Shown here: one piece after another, positions 39,541 to 52,540 of the stretch
Layout of the letters: every line of letters starts with the position of its first letter
Numbering within the stretch: the first letter of the stretch is position 1
Assembly (NCBI GenBank): GCA_951406725.2
Contig: OX597820.1
Span: forward strand, 94,302,001-94,366,000
DNA: 64,000 bases
Source: Octopus vulgaris
Taxonomy: Eukaryota
Reading direction: 5' to 3'
The notes under the pieces: generated by a model
Seen by the model: the letters and a program-made list of their open reading frames with translations, nothing else
What the model was told of the DNA's origin: nothing
Databases searched by the model: none
Translations under genes and position numbers: made by a program

Positions 39541-40456
39541 TTCAAATACAAACCATTTCCAGGAGGTCGATGTTCTGAGCAAGATTGAGTTTCCAGATTG
39601 GTGATACATATTCCAAGTGTGGCCGCACCACACAAAGCAAATAAGTAACAAGGATGTCCAGGTATCAATGCATTACGGCCGTTTCAAGGGGCTCCATTTA
39701 ATCGATCAAGGAAAACATTACATCAATTTGAGAGAAACCGATCTCCTCAGACGCCGACGACCATATAGATTTCCAATATAAAGGATAACCATTTTTTAGC
39801 ACAATTTACATCAGTACTAGAAACCTAAGTAATAACACTGTTTCCCTTTGCTATGTTTGTGGCAGAGTATATTTAGGTAAAAATGCATATCTAAAGCCTA
39901 TTATAATTTAGAGAGTAGAAGAGGAAAACAGTGGGGGTCATTAAAAAAAGAATTGTGAGATAGTTAATTTATCTTTATCATTATTTTATTTGTAAGATTT
40001 TATGTAGCATATAGTCTGCAACGCTTTAGAGTTAAATCCACTGGGAGTTGATAGTTAAGTTCCAGTTGATGGTGATAAATTAATTAATTTCAGATACTCT
40101 CCCCGACACTTATTATACTAAGACCATATATGTAGCTTTATCTACATAAAACGATATGTCTCAGAGCTGCTAGTAAAAAAATGACTGATGGAGAAGAAGT
40201 GATAACTAGAAGAGGAAGAACGGAGGTGGCTAGTATATATTTAGATTGTCAAAAAAAAAAAGGGAATAAAGTGGAAAACAAAAGAGATCAAAATAAGCTC
40301 TAAGGGTAAGAATTAGAACCTAGGGTTACGAGGTGTATCATAAATTAGCTAAAATTTAGAAAATAATTTTCGAACAATATAAAGGGAAAAGGATAGATAA
40401 TAAAACTTAAACCTTAAAGATGGGGTACTTTAACATATAAGAGAAAGTTCATAAGG

Positions 40457-40685
40457 CATATAGCTAAGGTGGTCATTATAAAACTATTCCACAATTAACT
40501 TATAAATAAATTAAATCATCATTTGTGTCGGTGTATATAGTTTATATTAAATCAAAACCAGGATAATAAGGATAATTATCCTGGTTTTAATTTAATATAA
40601 ACTATTTACTCCTACTCTGATAATAATTTAATTTACTTACAAATTCATTGTGGAATAGTTTTATCGTGACCACCTTAGCAATATG
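40457..40685. repeat. ~229-bp imperfect palindrome
   Basis: GCTAAGGTGGTCATTATAAAACTATTCCACAAT...AAAACCAGGATAAT pairs with ATTATCCTGGTTTT...ATTGTGGAATAGTTTTATCGTGACCACCTTAGC. Confidence 0.9.
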
Positions 40686-40689
40686 TTTG

Positions 40690-41260
40690 AGTCATGATAT
40701 ACTTGTGTACATGCGTATGGAGGCGGGATATCAAGTGTAGTGTTGGCGAATTTCAGGAAGCATGGAGGTTTTGAAGGATGCAATGTCTCGGCAGCTAACA
40801 ACTGATGCAAATAGTCTGTTCCATCTGAAGTATGGAACAGACTACTTGCATCAGTTTTCGAAGTCATGAGAACTATGCTGCTTTCTGACTTAGTAGGCAT
40901 GACCACATGTGTTAGACACATGGAATTCAAAAAGGTGCGCAAGGTTGTTGTTGGAACAATGGTTAATAATTTTGTTGGTGTTTACCAAGTCAGTTGCAAG
41001 ACGTCGGAGTTTCAATGTATCCATTCCTAGGGAAGCAAGGCGTTCAGAATATGGTAGACGCCTGATGGATGGGATTCGCTTGGTTGCACGACTCTGAACA
41101 GTTTCCAGGAGGTCAATGTTCTGATCAAGATTGAGGTTCCAGACTGGTGATGTATATTCCAAGTGTGGCCGCACCATAGCCGAATACAGTCTTAAATAGA
41201 GTTGGAGAGCGGCTGACAAAGGTCATGCTCAAGTGATACACCCTCGGATTTTTTGACAAT
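40690..41260 (-). mobile_element. CR1/L2-type LINE ORF2 C-terminal remnant
   Basis: LYSAMVRPHLEYTSPVWN...IDLLETVQSRATKRIPSIRRLPYSERLASLGMDTLKLRR. Confidence 0.88.
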
Positions 41261-41284
41261 TTTAGAGATGTGCTTTGTCCAGCG

Positions 41285-41950
41285 CAAATCTTTTTGAAGA
41301 CATCTCCTTCCACCTCATGCAAATTTCTTAATTTTTGTGGCAGGACATTGAAGAGCTGTGGGCCTTTGAACCCTAGAATATTGCAATTCGCGATCCTGAA
41401 TTTAGATGGAGTGGATGGTACAATACAATGGTGGCCAGTTCTGGCATTTGTATAGCACTCAATGCCAAAGTAAGGTAATAGCTCTTCTAGGATTTTCCAT
41501 ATGCGTATTATTGCATATCTCTCACGCCTTCGCTCCAGGAAGTAAAGCTGTAATTTTCTATCCCTGTTGCTCATCCGCTGCACTGTTTCAATCTTATTAG
41601 TGTAGTGGCGTTGGACTGCTTCAAGCACCGCTGTTAGTTTCGCACTATGTGGTGGCTATAACTTGGAGCAGTAGTCCAGGCGACTGAGAACAAAGTTTCT
41701 CCACAGGGTCAACAAAGTTCCTTGGTCTCTTAGTCTTGAAGGACCTCAATATCCATCCTGCCAGTTGTCTGCACTTGGGTTCCATCTTGCTTATGGGCAT
41801 ATGAAATGATGCGTCATTGCACATACTGATCTACTGATCCCCAAGTCTTTCACTGCTCGTGACTCTGGGATTGTAGTGCCTTCAGGACCTGATAATGTAG
41901 ATTGTACTAAATTTTCCAGCATTAAACTGCATGTTGTTTATTTCGCCCCT
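41285..41950 (-). mobile_element. Second CR1-type LINE remnant
   Basis: VLSRLDYCS, LEAVQRHYTNKI, LERRRERYAIIRIWKILE, GPQLFNVLP motifs. Confidence 0.85.
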
Positions 41951-41985
41951 CTTGTAATCCCGAACAACGCTGGGTATCTCTGCTA

Positions 41986-42062
<77 letters not shown>

Positions 42063-42077
42063 ATTTATATATACATG

Positions 42078-42118
<41 letters not shown>

Positions 42119-42253
42119 TGTCGGGTAGCTGAGGCTTTGTGCTTCTGGCCAGCAAGTTTGATGACTTTCTCGTTAGTAATATGACATAACTATGAATATA
42201 ATACTCAGTAACGCATTCCCATACATACATTCATACACACACACACACACACA

Positions 42254-42301
<48 letters not shown>

Positions 42302-44106
42302 TATTCTACTATAATGTGTGTGTATAGACAGATGGCTTGTTAAAAGCTGTCATAATTGCTTGAAAACTCTCCACTTAATTACATTAAATAAAAAAATAAG
42401 ATTGGATCTCTCACTAAACATAGAAACACGTGTGTTTTATGTTTATAATTTCAACAAACGAGTATCAAAACTGAGCAACTTTTTACACCCATCATACTGC
42501 TATTCCTTTATTTATCTATTTATTTATTTATTGTTGATTTATTTATATTTTTTATTAATGTAGAGTTTCTTCCATTTAATAACAATTATATTCTAACAGA
42601 CTTCATAAAGCTTTTCACTGAATATGTTTGAAACAGAACTTGTTGGCATGTACTGAAGAGGAAATGCCTAGATTCTCTCATTTTGACACCTTACTTATTA
42701 AATTACCAGATGTTATTTGATTTAATGAGTCAAAAATTGTAAATTGGTTAATATTTTACACTTGATAATGAATAAAACATCAATGATTAACTTTAAGAAA
42801 GTTAGAGTAGACAGACACGAAATATTAAATAATTTTTAAAAATGATTAAATATGAAGAGTGGGTAATGCAGCGTGAACTACATGGGCCTGAATTTAACAA
42901 TGAAAATATTTTTCTGGGTGTGTTTCGGGCTTATTAGATCTCTTTAGCAAAACATCAATACAGCTATAATTTGCTCACAATATTCAGGATTAAAAAAAAT
43001 AACCCTTACAGAAGACCGTTGCAGGCCGAACTTCTGTGATATTACTTACTACATCAAAGATACTTACTATGGGTGGGAGCTAGCACAAAATTAGGTGTCA
43101 ATCTTTATATCGTAGATGTAATTATGTTTATTTTAGATCGTTTTTGAAGAATTGAGAAATTTGTAAACGAAAGTAGGACTGAACCCGAAACCAAATAGTT
43201 CGGAAGCCAGCTTCTTACCACGCAGCCACTCCTGCGCCTATTGTGTGTGAAAGTCAATTACATCGACCCCAGTACTTGATCGGTTCTTTATTTCATTGAC
43301 CCCGAAAGAGTACTGTTATTGGTGTTGTTTCAACTGGGATAGATCTTGCTGGTGTTGCATCAATAATTGTCACCATCGTCGCCGTCGTCGTCGTCGTCAT
43401 CATCATCATCATCATCAAGGAGGCGAGTTGGCAAAACCGTTAGCACGCCGGATAAAATGCATGGCGGCTTTTCATCTGTCTATATGTTTTGAGTTCAAAT
43501 TTCACCGAGGTCGACTTTGTTTTTCATACTTTCGGAGTTAAGTACTAAGTTCGTCGTAATCGACTAGCCCCTTCCCTTCCCTAAAATTGCAAGCCTTGTG
43601 CCTATAGGAGAAAGGATTATTCTTATTATTTATGTATTTTATCTTTTGCACCTACTTAAAATAATTCATGACTATAACACATTTAGAAGTTCCCAAATGC
43701 TCAAGAACCAGCAATCAAATATTGTTCACATTCATATAACTCTTCGTAATCGTGATGCAATTTTTTTAGAAAGTTTAACCATCTTAATTTTATGAGACAT
43801 GGCGATAGTGTTCTGCTCCCTTTCTAATCTGCCCGGCCCTCAGTCAGGAAAATCGTCACTTCTTATGATCAGCAGTTGGATACAAAGGAGTGAATTGTCG
43901 AGGTTAGGGAGAACCATGCTGTAAGGGAGACGTCAAGGTTTGTATCTGATCAAAAACACTGGGCACAAGGTCTGAAATTTGGGGGAGGGAGATATTCGAT
44001 TACATCGACCCTAGTACTCAACTGGTACTTAATTTATCGACGTCGAAATGATGAAAGGTCATGTCAAACTCGGCGGAATTTGAACTCTGAACAATGCAGA
44101 GTAGAC

Positions 44107-44408
44107 TATAATAACTGTTATAATTTAATTATTCATAATCTGGTATGATATAATATTTCTGAATATAAAATTTCCTTTTTCAGATATCGCATTGTTGTGC
44201 CATTCAAGACATGTTATATTTCACAAACAATACACGATGCTTCAAGCGAAGTACAATATTCTCCTATCTCTACGCCTGGACAAGGTCGAGTTCGCAACCG
44301 CTAGGGAGTTACTCGATCAATTCCTAGCGATGTCTGAAGAAGGAACTTTTATATTCCGAAATATTATATCATATCAGATTATGAATAATTAAATTATAAC
44401 AGTTATTA

Positions 44409-44410
<2 letters not shown>
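44107..44410. repeat. 84-bp inverted repeats (44107-44190 and 44327-44410) around a 136-bp spacer, each arm carrying a hammerhead motif
   Basis: TATAATAACTGTTATAATTTAATTATTCATAATCTG...CAGATATCGC versus GCGATGTCTG...CAGATTATGAATAATTAAATTATAACAGTTATTATA. Confidence 0.9.
44329..44375 (+). ncRNA. Type I hammerhead ribozyme motif
   Basis: GAUGU-CUGAAGA-A-GGAA-cuuuuaua-UUCC-GAAA-UAuuaUA-UC-AUAUC: intact core, all three stems pair, AUC cleavage triplet ending at 44370. Confidence 0.7.
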
Positions 44411-44463
<53 letters not shown>

Positions 44464-44555
44464 TACTGTTCCGTGATGATAAGATCAACAAAAACAGTAG
44501 TCCATCTGGTGAGAGATAAATATTTAATAAACACAATATTTGTTTTTATTGTTTT

Positions 44556-45696
44556 TCCAGCGTTCACCACTTCACATCTTCTTAACTTAACAGCCCTCGC
44601 CGTTTGTTTTTACTGTTTTGTTCTTACTGTTCTGTTTTTATTACCACTTTAATCCTCTGCAGAAAATCCCAAATTTTATTTCATTTGCTTTGCGGGAAGG
44701 ACTGTCTTAACGAAGTAGCGTCTGGTCCCTAACTTCGAAACGCGTAGATAAAACAGGGGACAACTGATGAAGGGAATGTTCTTTATGTTGCCTGACTCGT
44801 TTTTCTATTTGTCTCTTTCGTTGTTTGAAAAATGTTCGTTTTCTGTTTTTTTTTTCTGTTCCATTTTTCTGTGCTTGCTTTTCATTTGTTTACGTTTTTT
44901 GATGTCCTGTACCCATATATGCATGTATTTATACATATATATGTAGGGATGTACATATATGTATGTATATATGCATATAATATTTATATTATTATATGAT
45001 TGGACTCTATGCATCCATTTCCAAGTAAGTTTTATCTTAATAATTCCGATGCTCACTCTATACACTATCTCTATTCTTTCTATCGCCCTCTCTTGTTCTT
45101 CTTCCTTTCTGTTTTTCTCTCCCACCCTTTCCCTATTCTTCTCCTCTTCCCTTCACCGTCTCCTCTCTCTCTCTCTCTCTCTCTCACTCTTTCTCCTTGA
45201 CTCTCTCGTTGCTCAGACGTGACCAACGGCTATCTGTCTTTCTTTCTTCCACTTCCTTCTAGCGCTCACCACTTCACATCGTCTTGACTTAACAACCCTC
45301 ACCGTTTGTTTTTACTGTTTTGTTCTTACTGTTCTGTTTTTGTTACCACTTTAACCCTCTGCAAAAAATCCAAATTTTATTTAATTTGCTTTGCGGGAAG
45401 GACTGGTTTTAACGAAGTAGCGTCTTGTACCTACCTTCGAAATGAGGAGTAGATAAAACAGGGAACAACTGATGAAGGGAATGTTCTTTATGTTGCCTGT
45501 CTCGTTTCTCTATTTGTTTCTTTCGTTGTTCGAAAAAATGTTCGTTTTCTATGTTCTTTGTTTTTTAAGTATTCGATTCTCATTTGTTTACGTTTTTTTT
45601 TTCTGATGTCCTGTACCCATATATGCATGCATATATACATATATATGTAGGTATGTACATATATGTATGTATATATGCATATATTGATATATTATT

Positions 45697-45700
<4 letters not shown>
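44556..45700 (+). mobile_element. Two ~440-bp direct repeats (44556-44995 and 45258-45700), Penelope-pLTR/retrozyme-like, bounded by (TA)n
   Basis: Both start AGCG.TCACCACTTCACATC and end CATATATGTATGTATATATGCATAT; degenerate hammerhead-like ACGAAGTAG...CTTCGAAACGCGTAGATAAAAC. Confidence 0.65.
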
Positions 45701-45749
<49 letters not shown>

Positions 45750-45753
<4 letters not shown>

Positions 45754-46415
45754 AACTTAGATAAACTTAGATATGTTTCGACCAAAGATTGGTCCAGGCC
45801 ATGTCTAACTTAATAGCACCACCTGATAGGATTATTTGAATCCTGTTTAAGTCAAGTTTTGTTTATGGTCCATTCAAGTAGTGAGTTTTTGTTGGGTGAG
45901 TTGTATCCAATTATGGGTGGCTTATCTGGTATTCCTTGAAGGAATCTATCCAGACTCCGTTTAAAGTTGATTGGATCCTTTTCCTCTTTGATCTCTTTCG
46001 GGACAATGTTAAATAGGGCAGGGCCTGTTGAGGAAAAGAAATTATGTTGCAGTGTACATGTATGCTGTGATCTTGAATTGGGCAGGGGACGTATGGCCCG
46101 TGGTCCCAGTCTTGGATGAACCTTGAAGCTAATGTTCAGGTCGTTTGGGCAAAGTTGGCGGTATATTCTCCACATCGTACAAATGATGTACCGCTCACGG
46201 CGACGCTGGAGAGAGTAGAGTTTCAAGGCTTTAAGGCGGTCCCAATAATCGAGAGCAGCCATGCCTTCAATTCGTTTAGTGAGTGCCCTCTGGAGTGATT
46301 CAATCCTCGAGATGTTTTGTCGTGTATGGGGAGACCACAGTGGGCAGCAGTATTCGAGGTGTGGCCGTACAAATGAGGAGAAAAGTGGTATGATGACACC
46401 TTGTTCTCTGGACCG
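45750..46415 (-). mobile_element. CR1-type LINE 3' end (ORF2 C-terminus, 3' UTR, tandem tail)
   Basis: FSSFVRPHLEYCCPLWSP...LDYWDRLKALKLYSLQRRRERY...; tail (TAAACTTAGA)x2. Confidence 0.92.
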
Positions 46416-47609
46416 GTGTGTGTGTGTTCTTATATTCTTTTCTTTTAATTGTTTCAGTCATTTAACTGCGGTCATGCTGGAACACCGTCTTGGGGAATTT
46501 TAGTCGAGCAAATCGGCTGCAATAATGTAGTCTTCCAGTTTCATTGCTATGAAGGTATGATGTTGTGGAGAAAAAGAAAATTGGAAGAAAATGTTACAAA
46601 AGTTTAAAAATCGGAAAACTGTGTATTTTTAGCCAATAGCTCGACAGAAATTTTCTGCGTTTAGCGGAGTGGTGTCAACTTTAAAGTTGTACCTTGTGAA
46701 ATTTATAGTTTAGCATCTGTGAAATGACCTGTCCATTGTAGGTTTCTAAATAAACAGAAATACCTAATAAAATCAACATGTATCATCTTACTGTTCCTTT
46801 TGTATCTTCATTGATTGTATGTTTTTATTTTTTTAATTTGTTATATTAATATATTTGTCTGCATATGTTTACTTTATGCATATTTCAGTATTATGTATAC
46901 CTGCCATTTATTTATGCACATCATTGATATATAAGCGCATGTAGATGTATGTATTCATATATAAGTTTATATGTACATTTATACATTCATGTGTGTATGT
47001 GTGTGTGTGTATGTGTGTGTGTGTGCGTTTGCGTGTGTTTGTGTGTGCGTGTGTGTGTGTGTGAAAAGGAGGCTCCTGTCTCCAAAGCTCCAAAGTTGAG
47101 TAACGTTTTCATGCTTGGATTTGTAAACTACGATAAGAATGACACTGATCAACAAAGAATTTGTCCCAAGAAAAAAGAAATGTGAAGTTAACAGTATAAG
47201 AAATATTCCTGATTTAAATGTTTATGAACAGAATTAACCTAGTGAAATCATAAATCCAGCTATCTCAGTCCCTGAGGGTTGGCAATACTGGCCATAGTGA
47301 TTTAACATCCGATTCACAATGACGGTGTTTAACGCTATTGCGGCAAAGACACAGGTGATGCGAAACGCAACACAGCGTGAGGTTGTTATGGTAACAAACT
47401 GCTATTGCAACGCTGTCTGTTGATTGGCTAAAAATTACCCAAATTTCCACAATTTAATTCCAAATGACATCAGATTCTTCAATTTACGAGATAAAGTAAC
47501 TGGTTGATCGTAATCAAAATTCAGAGATGCATCGATACGCCAAAATTGAAAGCAATCTGAGGAAAATTAAAGGGGGCTCATTTTGCGAATGAGATTGACC
47601 AGATCCAGA

Positions 47610-47825
47610 ATTTCTTGTAAAGCCTAGTACTTATTCTATCATCCTCTTTTGCCGAGCCACTAGGTTACGGGGACGTAAACACACGATCACCGGTTGTCAA
47701 GCGGTGACGGGGTGGGGGGACAAACACAGACACAAAGTCACACACACATAGATAGAATACGACCGCCTTCTTTCAGTTTCCGTCTACCAAATCCATTCAT
47801 AAGTCCTTGGTCGGCCCGAGGCTAT
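47610..47825 (-). mobile_element. SINE family A, middle part
   Basis: GCCTAGTACTTATTCTATC...CTTCTTTCAGTTTCCGTCTACCAAATCC. Confidence 0.75.
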
Positions 47826-47942
47826 ATGTTTACTAAATATATATATGTTTGCTAACTTTTCTTGAAAACATTCCTTTGTTAGTGGTAAGACCATAGCGGA
47901 TCTTCTTCTAGCATAATGGATGTCCACACTTATAGGTAATCG

Positions 47943-47999
<57 letters not shown>

Positions 48000-48074
48000 G
48001 TATGTATGTATGTATTCATGCATGTACGTATGTATGTATGTATGTATGTATGTATGTATGTATGTATGTATGTA

Positions 48075-48115
<41 letters not shown>

Positions 48116-48228
48116 GTGTTTATAGACAGAGAGAGACAGAGAGACAGATAGACAGACAGACAGGCAGGCGGACAGACATAATTAAGCAAATATAAATGTA
48201 AAAATGTCTGTGGGATATATATGTGAAT

Positions 48229-48268
<40 letters not shown>

Positions 48269-48621
48269 ATTAACCTACATATTTATTTATGTATGCGGCT
48301 ATGTATGTATACATGTGTGCGTACTCGCATGTGTTTCTACTTAAAGATAAGTATTTAGATAGCAACACATAAAATACATACATCTCTTAATCAGACCGCG
48401 TGTATTTCTGTCGATTCCCAGTGAGCAAGCTTGTAGATCCATTAACCCCCACCCCTGCGTTTTCTACCCGCTCCCTCTCTTGTCAACCTATTTAGATGTC
48501 GGTCGGTGTGTCTTTTGGGAAATCGGCAGTGTGTTTGTCTTGTCTGTCTGCCTGTGTTTGTGTATGTCTGAGTACCACTGATGCTGCCAACACGTTTTCA
48601 AGCTCAGGAACGTCCACATGT

Positions 48622-48665
<44 letters not shown>

Positions 48666-49037
48666 CCTCTCACTCTCTCTCATGCACGCACGCACACACA
48701 CACACAAACACACACACGTACACACCCACACACACAAATACGCACACTCACACACACACACGCACACACACACCTCTCTTTCTATTTGCTTCTGTCGTTA
48801 GTCTGCAGCTATGCCGGTGCAACACCTTGAAGGATTTTAATGGAACAAATCGACACCAATACTTATTTTTAAAGTCTGCTACTTTTTGTGTCGATTTCGT
48901 TTTGCCGAACCGCAAAGTTTTGGGACCGTAGACAAATCAGCAGGGGACAAACATGCACGCAAACTCACATATACATACATATAAACATACATACATACAT
49001 ACATACATACATACATACATACATACATACATACATA

Positions 49038-49508
49038 CAATAATCCCTCGATATATCGTGGTTCACCTATCGCGCACTCAGTACATCGCAGATTTTTCTG
49101 GCTAATATATATCAATTTATCGTGGGTTCCTGCGGCCGGTATTAATTTTTTTTTTTTTTAGATTTTAATTATTTCTTTGGTAAAATAAGCATTTTCACGC
49201 CTAAAAATGTAAAAATTAATAAATACAAATAGAGTACAGTACTGCACTGTATAACACATTAATTAAAATATATTAAAAGAAAATACGTACTGAACCGCAG
49301 ATGATAAACAAAGAATCGCACATACTGTATGGAAAACGAAACTCGGGAGGCGAGTATGTGGTATTGTTTTGCATTTATAATAACGTAAATATATACAAAT
49401 TATAAAAGTGATAAAAAATGTATACGGTACAGAACTGTTTCTACTTCGCGAATTTTCATCTATCGCGGGAAGTTTTGGAACGTAACGTAAATAGTCGAGG
49501 GATTACTG
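49038..49508. mobile_element. Tigger/pogo-like MITE with TA TSD
   Basis: TA|CAATAATCCCTCGA ... TCGAGGGATTACTG|TA terminal inverted repeats. Confidence 0.82.
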
Positions 49509-49514
49509 TACTTG

Positions 49515-49800
49515 AATACAAAGATAAGTTTTGACCATAATTGGCTCAGGTCATGATTAACTTTAATAGCACCACCAGGTAAAGATATTTAGCGATACTT
49601 CATATTACAGTCGTTCTTTAGGCATCATAGCCCATTCGAATAAATAATTATCTGCAGCGATATATCCGGGTGTAGGTGGTGTATCTGGAATGTGTTGAAG
49701 ATATTCATTCAGTAACCGTTTGAATGTTATGAGATCTTTTTTTTCTCTTACGTGTTTTGGCATGATGTTAAAGAGCGCATAGCCAGTTGAGTATGTAAGG
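49515..49800 (-). mobile_element. CR1-type LINE 3' end, older copy
   Basis: GYALFNIMPKHVREKKDLITFKRLLNEYLQHIPDTPPTPGY parallels 45852-46262; shared TTAATAGCACCACC 3' UTR. Confidence 0.82.
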
Positions 49801-49873
49801 ATTTTTCGGAAAACGAAAAAATACGTTATTGGTTGGATTCTCATTGTTCTACGTGCACCCCATGAACTATTTA

Positions 49874-51209
49874 CACTGGTCAACAGCATAAAACTTTTAT
49901 TTTCCGCCATAAAATCTTAGAGTTGTTTTAGACTAATTTTGGGCTGCTGATTCCATAACTGACCTCAGATTTGTTGCGTTGATATAAACCTTTATTTACC
50001 TGGAACATGCCAAAAGTTAACTTTACACCACTATTTGCAAGAATTTTGGCTGGATTGCCATGCTAATTTTGAATATGTTCAAGCTGAGGTTTTCTTTAAA
50101 ACCCCATTTCTTCTTTTCAGGTGTGAACTGAACCACTGCGTTCTAGTTATGATATAACATCAAAAAGAAGGACGTGTTATAATGATCATGATATCTTCTG
50201 TTACGTCTGTGGAAACTCCACTACACGTCTGTGGAAACTCCACTACATTAATAACTTTGTCAAAAAGGTGTATCTTGCTTACATTAAAGTAGCACTTGGA
50301 GACCAGGACAAAACCTGGGTTTCCCACAAAGTTTGCAAAACCTGTGTTGAAAATTGGTGTGATGAAGCAATTCATCAAAGCTCTTGATCACCGTTGAAAC
50401 TGATTCAGCTATGTATGTACCTTTCCAAGTCTCAGTGATGAGAAGGCAGAAATATTTGATGGCTCAAATATAAACACTTCTCAGGGATCCACGTTTTGTT
50501 ACAACAATGTGTGCGACTGAGGCTAGAGCTTGGAATGCCTTCTCTGATGTGGTGCAGAATTTCCTTGAGAACAGGAAAGCGGATAACAACCAAGAGATTG
50601 TGGAGGAGCTGCTCTTGAGTTTGCTAACACTCGGATGCAGAATGAGCATTAAAATGCACTACTTACACAGTCACTTGGGCGAGTTTTCTGAGAACGTGGG
50701 TGATCTTAGCGAAGAACAAGGTGAACGCTTCCATCAAGACGTAAAAGTAGGGACTCAAACATGATGGTAGATTACTGCTGGAGCTTGATGAGAGGCATTC
50801 CAGAGGCCGTATGCAAGAGGTCGTCAAAGAACCAAAAATAAAAAAGGTAAGTTCTTGCAGTGATAACATGATCAGAATGAATGACCAAAATGAATAAAGA
50901 TTTTGTATTCATATTTTGTTATCACCAAGCTTAATTCTTACATGCTAAGGTGCATTTACTCCTACAACTTTGTGTTCTGATTTATTACATAAAAAAAAAT
51001 ACATATTGTCTATCAAAAATTGTATCTACGTATGTTTAATTCTTCCTTTATGAGCATTAAATAGCTGTTTCTAGCGAAATTGAAAAATTTTTATGCCTCA
51101 AAAATCTGATGTGAAAAATAAAATCTGATGCCAGATTTGAATTCAGCACCCCAAAATTAGTTAAAGACTATTTATAAACATTGTGCCAGAAAATATGTGT
51201 TGACCAGTG
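49874..51209 (+). mobile_element. Chapaev3-type (CMC) DNA transposon, internally deleted, ends intact
   Basis: TTA|CACTGGTCAACA ... TGTTGACCAGTG|TTA; transposase remnants CYVCG, GDQDKTWVSHKVCKTC, MKQFIKALD, GCRMSIKMHYLHSHL..F.EN.G..SEEQGERFHQD. Confidence 0.9.
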
Positions 51210-51964
51210 TTATCTGTTTCGCAAGAATCAGAATGCATCAGCAAATAATTTGATAAATCTCATAAACAAGAGATTGTGTTCTTGTTAGATTCAACAGTCG
51301 GGTGGAGTTGCTTTGGTTGAGGAGGCAAAACAATAAGGTGGGAACAATGCAGTGTTTCAAAGTCCTCTTACGCCGCTGAGTTGCATATGTTATGAACATA
51401 TAACCTCTAAAGAGAAGGGGTATTCTCCCATAAAGAAAACGAACAGCGATTAGGTATACCCGTTCAAATCTACCAGAAACATTTTAAAATGGATACGTTA
51501 TTGTCTAGATTTTTGTTCTTCTGCATATACTTCATGAATTATTATCTAAAGGAAGCAAATGAAAAAGACAATAAAAAAATTGCAAAGATAGGTAAACCAC
51601 CTGTGAAAAGGAAACGCTCTCTGCTGAAGAATTTATCTTATGTGAAATGAAATCTCCTCTCCTTATAAAATGAAGTTTACAGCCTTTGCAAGTTCCCTCC
51701 AACCCTCCCAAATGATCTTGTAGAATACTTGTCTGAAATACGCTAGTACTTTCCATAAGTAATGCGGGTCAGAGATGAGATAGAATTGCACATCATAAAA
51801 AGGACCAATTGACAGCATAAATTTAGGATAGAAATTATGAGGTGTTATAAGTAAATGATCAAAATGTGAACTCTCTCTTGACCAGTGTAAAACCAAAAGC
51901 TTCTCATGGAAAATTCTGAAATTCTCTCTCTCTCTCTTTCTCTCTCCCCTGTCTCTCTCTCTCC

Positions 51965-52022
<58 letters not shown>

Positions 52023-52036
52023 CTATTTCTCTCTCT

Positions 52037-52075
<39 letters not shown>

Positions 52076-52119
52076 CACACGCATGCACACATGCTCATGT
52101 ATATATATGTCAACAGCAG

Positions 52120-52540
52120 TCAACATAAGAAAAATTGGAAAACAAGATTGCCCAAATCACTCAGAGGCTGAACGTATTCCCCCAATGGTGCCAACGTTGA
52201 ATATTCAAAATCACCGACAGATACAGAATCATAAACGCTGAATTCCTGAGGAAAGCCAATCTGCGCAGCCTGCGAGGGAAAAAAGTGAGACTTTCAGGTC
52301 ATATTTTCCAACTACGAGAAGATTGAATACCCAAGATATTTATGCAATGGCTACGTGCAGAGGAGCAAAGAGAGAACGGGAGACCCAAGAGGACATGGTA
52401 CGTCTCCTTCAAAGAAGATCTGAAGCAACTTAGCATCACCTGAGAAAATGCAGGCAACTATGCTCAAAACCGGAAAGATTAGAGGCGTCATGCTACCCGA
52501 TGTACTGGCCAGCTGTACAGAAGGAACTAAGACAAGGAAG
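52120..52540 (+). mobile_element. RTE-type LINE 3' remnant
   Basis: Broken frames give NAEFLRKANL, RLSGHIFQLRED.IPKIFMQW, GRPKRTW...KEDLKQL. Confidence 0.65.
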
